Assembly (NCBI GenBank): GCA_965203805.1
Contig: OZ241917.1
Span: 4,864,001 to 4,928,000 of the forward strand
DNA: 64,000 nucleotides
DNA from: Candidatus Latescibacterota bacterium
Lineage (GTDB): Bacteria > Latescibacterota > UBA2968 > GCA-2709665
Reading direction: 5' to 3'
The position numbers and the translations under genes are program-made. Of this stretch, positions 60,305 through 64,000 are shown in pieces; the first letter of the stretch is position 1, and each line of letters begins with the position of its first letter. The notes below the pieces were generated by a model, which was not told the DNA's origin, made no database searches, and saw only the letters and a program-made list of their open reading frames with translations.

Positions 60305-60738
60305 CTCCCGGACGCCCGAATGCCCTCGTCGTGCGGCGGCATCTGACCGCGTTGAGGTCCGCCGTTGGCAACCTGCGTCGGCATTCGGATTTAACTGGCG
60401 CTCAGCTCCGCGACAATTCCGACCTTCGCTGGTTGGTCGAACGCGGCCTTCATCTCTGTGCCCAGAACGCGCTCGACATAGCAACCCATCTGGCATTGTC
60501 CGCCGGCCTTGATGCGCCGGATTACGCAACCGCCATAGACCGACTTGCAGAGATAGAGGTGTTACCCGAAGATTTCGCGGCGCACTTCCGAGCAGTAGCG
60601 GGTTTCCGCAACGTACTCGTCCACGGCTACCTTGACGTCGACCTCGATCTGATCGGGCAACTCCTGGCCCGACAACTGGATGACTTCGAGACGTTTGCTC
60701 GCCACGTCGAACGATCGCTTGCCAGCCCTGGCGAGTGA
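60301..60738 (+). CDS. hepT: Type VII TA HepT-like HEPN RNase (DUF86)
   Basis: VERGLH, GFRNVLVHGY (RX4HXY); GTGA overlap with mntA. Confidence 0.9.
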   Translation: MTPGRPNALVVRRHLTALRSAVGNLRRHSDLTGAQLRDNSDLRWLVERGLHLCAQNALDIATHLALSAGLDAPDYATAIDRLAEIEVLPEDFAAHFRAVAGFRNVLVHGYLDVDLDLIGQLLARQLDDFETFARHVERSLASPGE

Positions 60739-60767
60739 GGAACTGTGCATTGACAGGAGCCCACCCC

Positions 60768-61868
60768 TCAATCCGTCCCTTCGCTGACGCTGTCCCTTTC
60801 CCAGATTTCCCCGTGCGCGTATTCCTCCACCCATGAGTCGAGGTCTTCGGCCTGGGTCCTTTTGAATTCCGTGGTTTCATTGTTGCGTTCCACGACCACG
60901 ATATCGTCCGCGTCGAAGCTGTCGACGAAGGCGCTGGACTGCGTGCTGACGAGCACCTGCGCGTGCTGGCTTACGGAACGGAACAGAGAGGCAATCACGT
61001 CCACAGCGCAGGGGTCCAGTCCGAGTTCCGGTTCATCCACGACAATCAATGACGGGAGTTTTTCAGCCGGCTGTAACAGAAGCGATATCAGACACATAGC
61101 CCGCACGGTGCCGTCCGAAAGCTGGTGCGGCCCGAAAACGAGATCGGACTCCCGGTGCCGCCAGTTGAGAATAATATCTCTCGTATCGGCGGGCTCCAGA
61201 TCGAAGTCTTCGAAGAACGGCGCCACCTGCCGGACTGTGGTCACAATACGCCGGTAATCGGCTTCACCACTTAACTTGAGCGCGTAGAGTATCGCCGCCA
61301 GGTTGCCCGCGTCGGGCTTGAGCCAGCGGTTGTCTCCCATATAGCCGTATTGCCGGACTCTCGACGTTGGCGAAGTATTGTGAAAGTGATAGACGCGGCA
61401 ACGATTCAGCAAAACTCTCAGTGTTTTTGCCGTGGGCTCTCCGGTTTCCGCCACTTCTCCAATCTTCGTCTCCAGATGGCCGACGCCCAGTTGAACGATC
61501 TTGGGGCTGGGATAACCTTCCTGATGGAACGCAGCTGTTTCTTCCGCGAATATGAGCGCATCGCCCGCGGCGTGGAAGAGTCTCATATGGTAGGTGTCCG
61601 TTCCGTTCTCCACCTCAAACACCATTCTCGCTTCCAGTTGGGGGGTCACTCCCGGGCCGAAGTGCAGGTTCCCCGTGGCCCCACCCGTCGCGCCGACGTG
61701 CTGCTGAAGGCGTCCGCCCATCAGTTCATTCACCAGCTTGAAAAAGGCAATGAGATTGCTCTTGCCGGCTCCGTTTGCGCCGATGAGGACGTTGAGCGGC
61801 TTGAGCCCCAAATTCATCTCTTTAATGGAGCGAAATCCCTTAATTTCGACATTGTTTAGCGTTGTCAT
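60768..61868 (-). CDS. AAA_21/COG4637-type ABC-like ATPase
   Basis: GFRSI, IGANGAGKSN, LSDGT, VDEPELGL, STQS. Confidence 0.88.
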   Translation of the reverse strand: MTTLNNVEIKGFRSIKEMNLGLKPLNVLIGANGAGKSNLIAFFKLVNELMGGRLQQHVGATGGATGNLHFGPGVTPQLEARMVFEVENGTDTYHMRLFHAAGDALIFAEETAAFHQEGYPSPKIVQLGVGHLETKIGEVAETGEPTAKTLRVLLNRCRVYHFHNTSPTSRVRQYGYMGDNRWLKPDAGNLAAILYALKLSGEADYRRIVTTVRQVAPFFEDFDLEPADTRDIILNWRHRESDLVFGPHQLSDGTVRAMCLISLLLQPAEKLPSLIVVDEPELGLDPCAVDVIASLFRSVSQHAQVLVSTQSSAFVDSFDADDIVVVERNNETTEFKRTQAEDLDSWVEEYAHGEIWERDSVSEGTD

Positions 61869-61915
61869 GGTGTTTCCTCCAAACTTGGAACACGATCCTC
61901 TTAAATTCCGAATTT

Positions 61916-61995
61916 ACATGGATGGATCTGCCTGCCTGTCCAGCCAGCGCAGCCAGGCGGGCTGAAGCAGGCGAGGCAGGCAGGATGAACAGGAC
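61916..61995 (+). repeat. ACATGGATG-family repeat with nested CCTGCC...GGCAGG hairpin
   Basis: ACATGGATGGA[TCTGCCTGCC...GGCAGG]CAGGATGAACAGGAC. Confidence 0.55.
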
Positions 61996-62253
61996 AATGA
62001 ACTCAAGAAACAGGAATGCTTCATTTTCCTGCAAATTGCGATGAACCCGTGCGCCATAGACTGCGCGACGTCGCGCCGACCACCCCGATTCCAAAACCTG
62101 AAGGCTGTTGTTACGGCCTACGCCGAATTCTCAATGAAACAACCGCTCATTCAAGAAAGCCACCTCCTTTCGTGGATTACTTGCACGATAAAACGTACGA
62201 CGCGAATCCGCCAGCCGCTAAGGGTTCCTTGACGCCGGCGTCCCCGACAGCGC

Positions 62254-63999
62254 TCAAAATATGTACCTCATGCCGACCTGGACTTCACGCGGGTAGCCGA
62301 GGCCGGACTGGACGGTGCCGTCGAAGTTGAACAGCAGGCCCGACGTGGAAGGGTCGCGGTAGTTGTCCGTGTTGAGCAGGTTGAAGACCTCGACAATGGC
62401 CTCAAGCGTGCCGGTGCCCATCGAAATCGGGCGCGTGAGGCGCACGTCCCACGAGAAGAACCCGTGGTCCTTGCGGAGCGTGTTGCGCTGGACGATGCCG
62501 CCGTCCGCGCAGATCCGGTCCGAAGTGGGTCCCCACGGGTTGGTCGTGACGCGGCTGGACGGCCGGTTGTTGCCGCCGCACGCGGCGGAGATCGGCTGCG
62601 GCGAATGGAAGCTCACACGGTTGTTCATATAGAGGTCGCCGGGAAGTATGGCCAGCCCCCAGGCGTTGAAGCGATGGCGCTGGTCGCGGTCCGAAAGCCC
62701 CCATTCGCGGTCCAGCCGGGTGGGATCCACGTAGCGGAACGTGAACGGGTCGCGCTCGTTATCGTCGTCGGACCGGTCCCGGGACATTGTGTAGTTGACT
62801 TGGAACTGCAAGTGTTCGTGCATCGTCCGCCTCAGCCCCAGACTGAGGCCGTGGTAGCGCGATTTCGCTGTGCTCTCGGCTGTAATCAGGTTGCCGATGC
62901 CGTTTCCCCCGTCCGGACCCAGGCCGGTTGACCACGGAGAACCGAATGCCGCGTCGTTTCGGTTGACGAAACGCGTAAGATTGTCGGTACGTGCGTAGGT
63001 AAAATCGACGGAGCCCACAAGTCCCGATTCCTGAAACTCGTGCTCGATACCCGCGTTCAGGCTGAAGGTCCGCGGGTTCTGAAAGTTCTCATCGAAGACG
63101 TGGATGTTGGGCTGGAACGGGCCGCCTTCAGGCGAGGGCAGCAATTCGCCGTACGCAGGGGGCGGACCCAGGACCGGGGTCAACTCGCTGGACCGGAAGA
63201 GAGATTGCCCGCGGGAGCCGTTGGTCGAGCGGGTGCTGGCCAGGACCAGCCCCGGAATACGGGCAAAGTAGATCCCGGCACTGGCGCGCAAGAGGGTCCT
63301 GTTGTCGCCGTGCGGGTCGTAGGCCAGGCCGATCCGCGGCTGGAGCATATCCACGTCGGACGGAATCCTGCCGTTGGAGGGAAATCTGTGGGCGCCCGCG
63401 TCGTTGGTTACGGTTTTACCGATGAAATCGGCGAAGAAGACGTTGGAAGGATCGGTGATTGGGTGGGGCTGGATCTGCGCCTCCCAGCGCAACCCGTAGT
63501 TGACCGTCAGTCCGCCGGACACCTGCCAGCTGTCCTGCACGAACAGGGCCAGTTCGTGTTGCGGAATGCTCTGGGTCCCTGCGTCTTCCGCGGTCAGCCC
63601 GCCAACGCCTGCCTGCTCCATGTAGAACAGCACCGGTCCCGTGATTCGCGCGCCCGCGGCGCAAACGCCCTCGGTGCTGACGCTTCCATCCGAACATTCC
63701 ACGTAGCGGTTGCCGTTTTCCACGAAGCTGAGAAATCCGTCCACCGAGTCGAAAATGAACCGTCCGTTCGCGAAGCCGATAAAGGTCTGCACGGACTCGA
63801 CGCGATTCCACTCAATGCCGGCCTTGAACAGGTGGCCGCCCCTGGCAAGCGATATGTTGTTGAGCAACTGAACGCGGGTGTCGTAATATTCGATCGGAAT
63901 GAAGAACGGCATCCCGAAGCGATATCCGTGGTCAAAGTCCATGCCGGTATCGGGGAAGGGTCGCCCGGTATGGGGATTGACCGGTCCCGCATAGGGACG
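62254..63999 (-). CDS. TonB-dependent receptor (Oar-like), C-terminal part; runs off the window
   Basis: LFVQDSWQV..GLTVNYGLRWE, PRIGLAY, EVFNLLN, C-terminal REVQVGMRYIF; frame open to the edge. Confidence 0.88.
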   Translation of the reverse strand, partial: RPYAGPVNPHTGRPFPDTGMDFDHGYRFGMPFFIPIEYYDTRVQLLNNISLARGGHLFKAGIEWNRVESVQTFIGFANGRFIFDSVDGFLSFVENGNRYVECSDGSVSTEGVCAAGARITGPVLFYMEQAGVGGLTAEDAGTQSIPQHELALFVQDSWQVSGGLTVNYGLRWEAQIQPHPITDPSNVFFADFIGKTVTNDAGAHRFPSNGRIPSDVDMLQPRIGLAYDPHGDNRTLLRASAGIYFARIPGLVLASTRSTNGSRGQSLFRSSELTPVLGPPPAYGELLPSPEGGPFQPNIHVFDENFQNPRTFSLNAGIEHEFQESGLVGSVDFTYARTDNLTRFVNRNDAAFGSPWSTGLGPDGGNGIGNLITAESTAKSRYHGLSLGLRRTMHEHLQFQVNYTMSRDRSDDDNERDPFTFRYVDPTRLDREWGLSDRDQRHRFNAWGLAILPGDLYMNNRVSFHSPQPISAACGGNNRPSSRVTTNPWGPTSDRICADGGIVQRNTLRKDHGFFSWDVRLTRPISMGTGTLEAIVEVFNLLNTDNYRDPSTSGLLFNFDGTVQSGLGYPREVQVGMRYIF

Positions 64000-64000
64000 C

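Noticed and set aside
1-64000. CRISPR array, rRNA, integrase/transposase, prophage structural genes
   Set aside because: I saw no regularly spaced repeat-spacer units or recognisable motifs. The dispersed repeats are irregular, and DUF5131 alone does not indicate a prophage.

Overview
GC-rich bacterial window. Gene content (PQQ-type beta-propellers, PhyH, enolase-superfamily and TonB genes) resembles uncultured Latescibacterota/Gemmatimonadota/Poribacteria-type genomes; this host assignment is inference only. 1-34.9 kb is mostly housekeeping and catabolic: an in-frame Lnt-TatC fusion, Ca/Na antiporter, rfbB-rfbC, uvrA, a miniaturised tRNA-like gene, hemL, two beta-propeller proteins, sugar/amine catabolic clusters, a TonB receptor and a Met-zincin. 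About 35-62 kb is an accessory region, with visibly lower GC in its core and short REP-like repeats at its edges. It is a dense defence island. Recognisable modules: RelE/XRE and MntA/HepT TA pairs, a CapH/CapP-regulated E2-only CBASS (patatin, CD-NTase, E2/SEC-C) with a visible operator, a helicase-less Type IIG/ISP-like RM enzyme, a SIR2 protein, DUF5131 and an orphan AAA ATPase. Modules I cannot assign, which are the best candidates for undescribed systems: a proteasome-beta/HslV-like Thr protease with a large insert plus a small partner, a WHGYP-motif small protein coupled to a beta-rich protein, a ClpP-fold protease plus small partner, and a Zn-ribbon-HEPN fusion. All calls come from reading motifs; no database searches were run.
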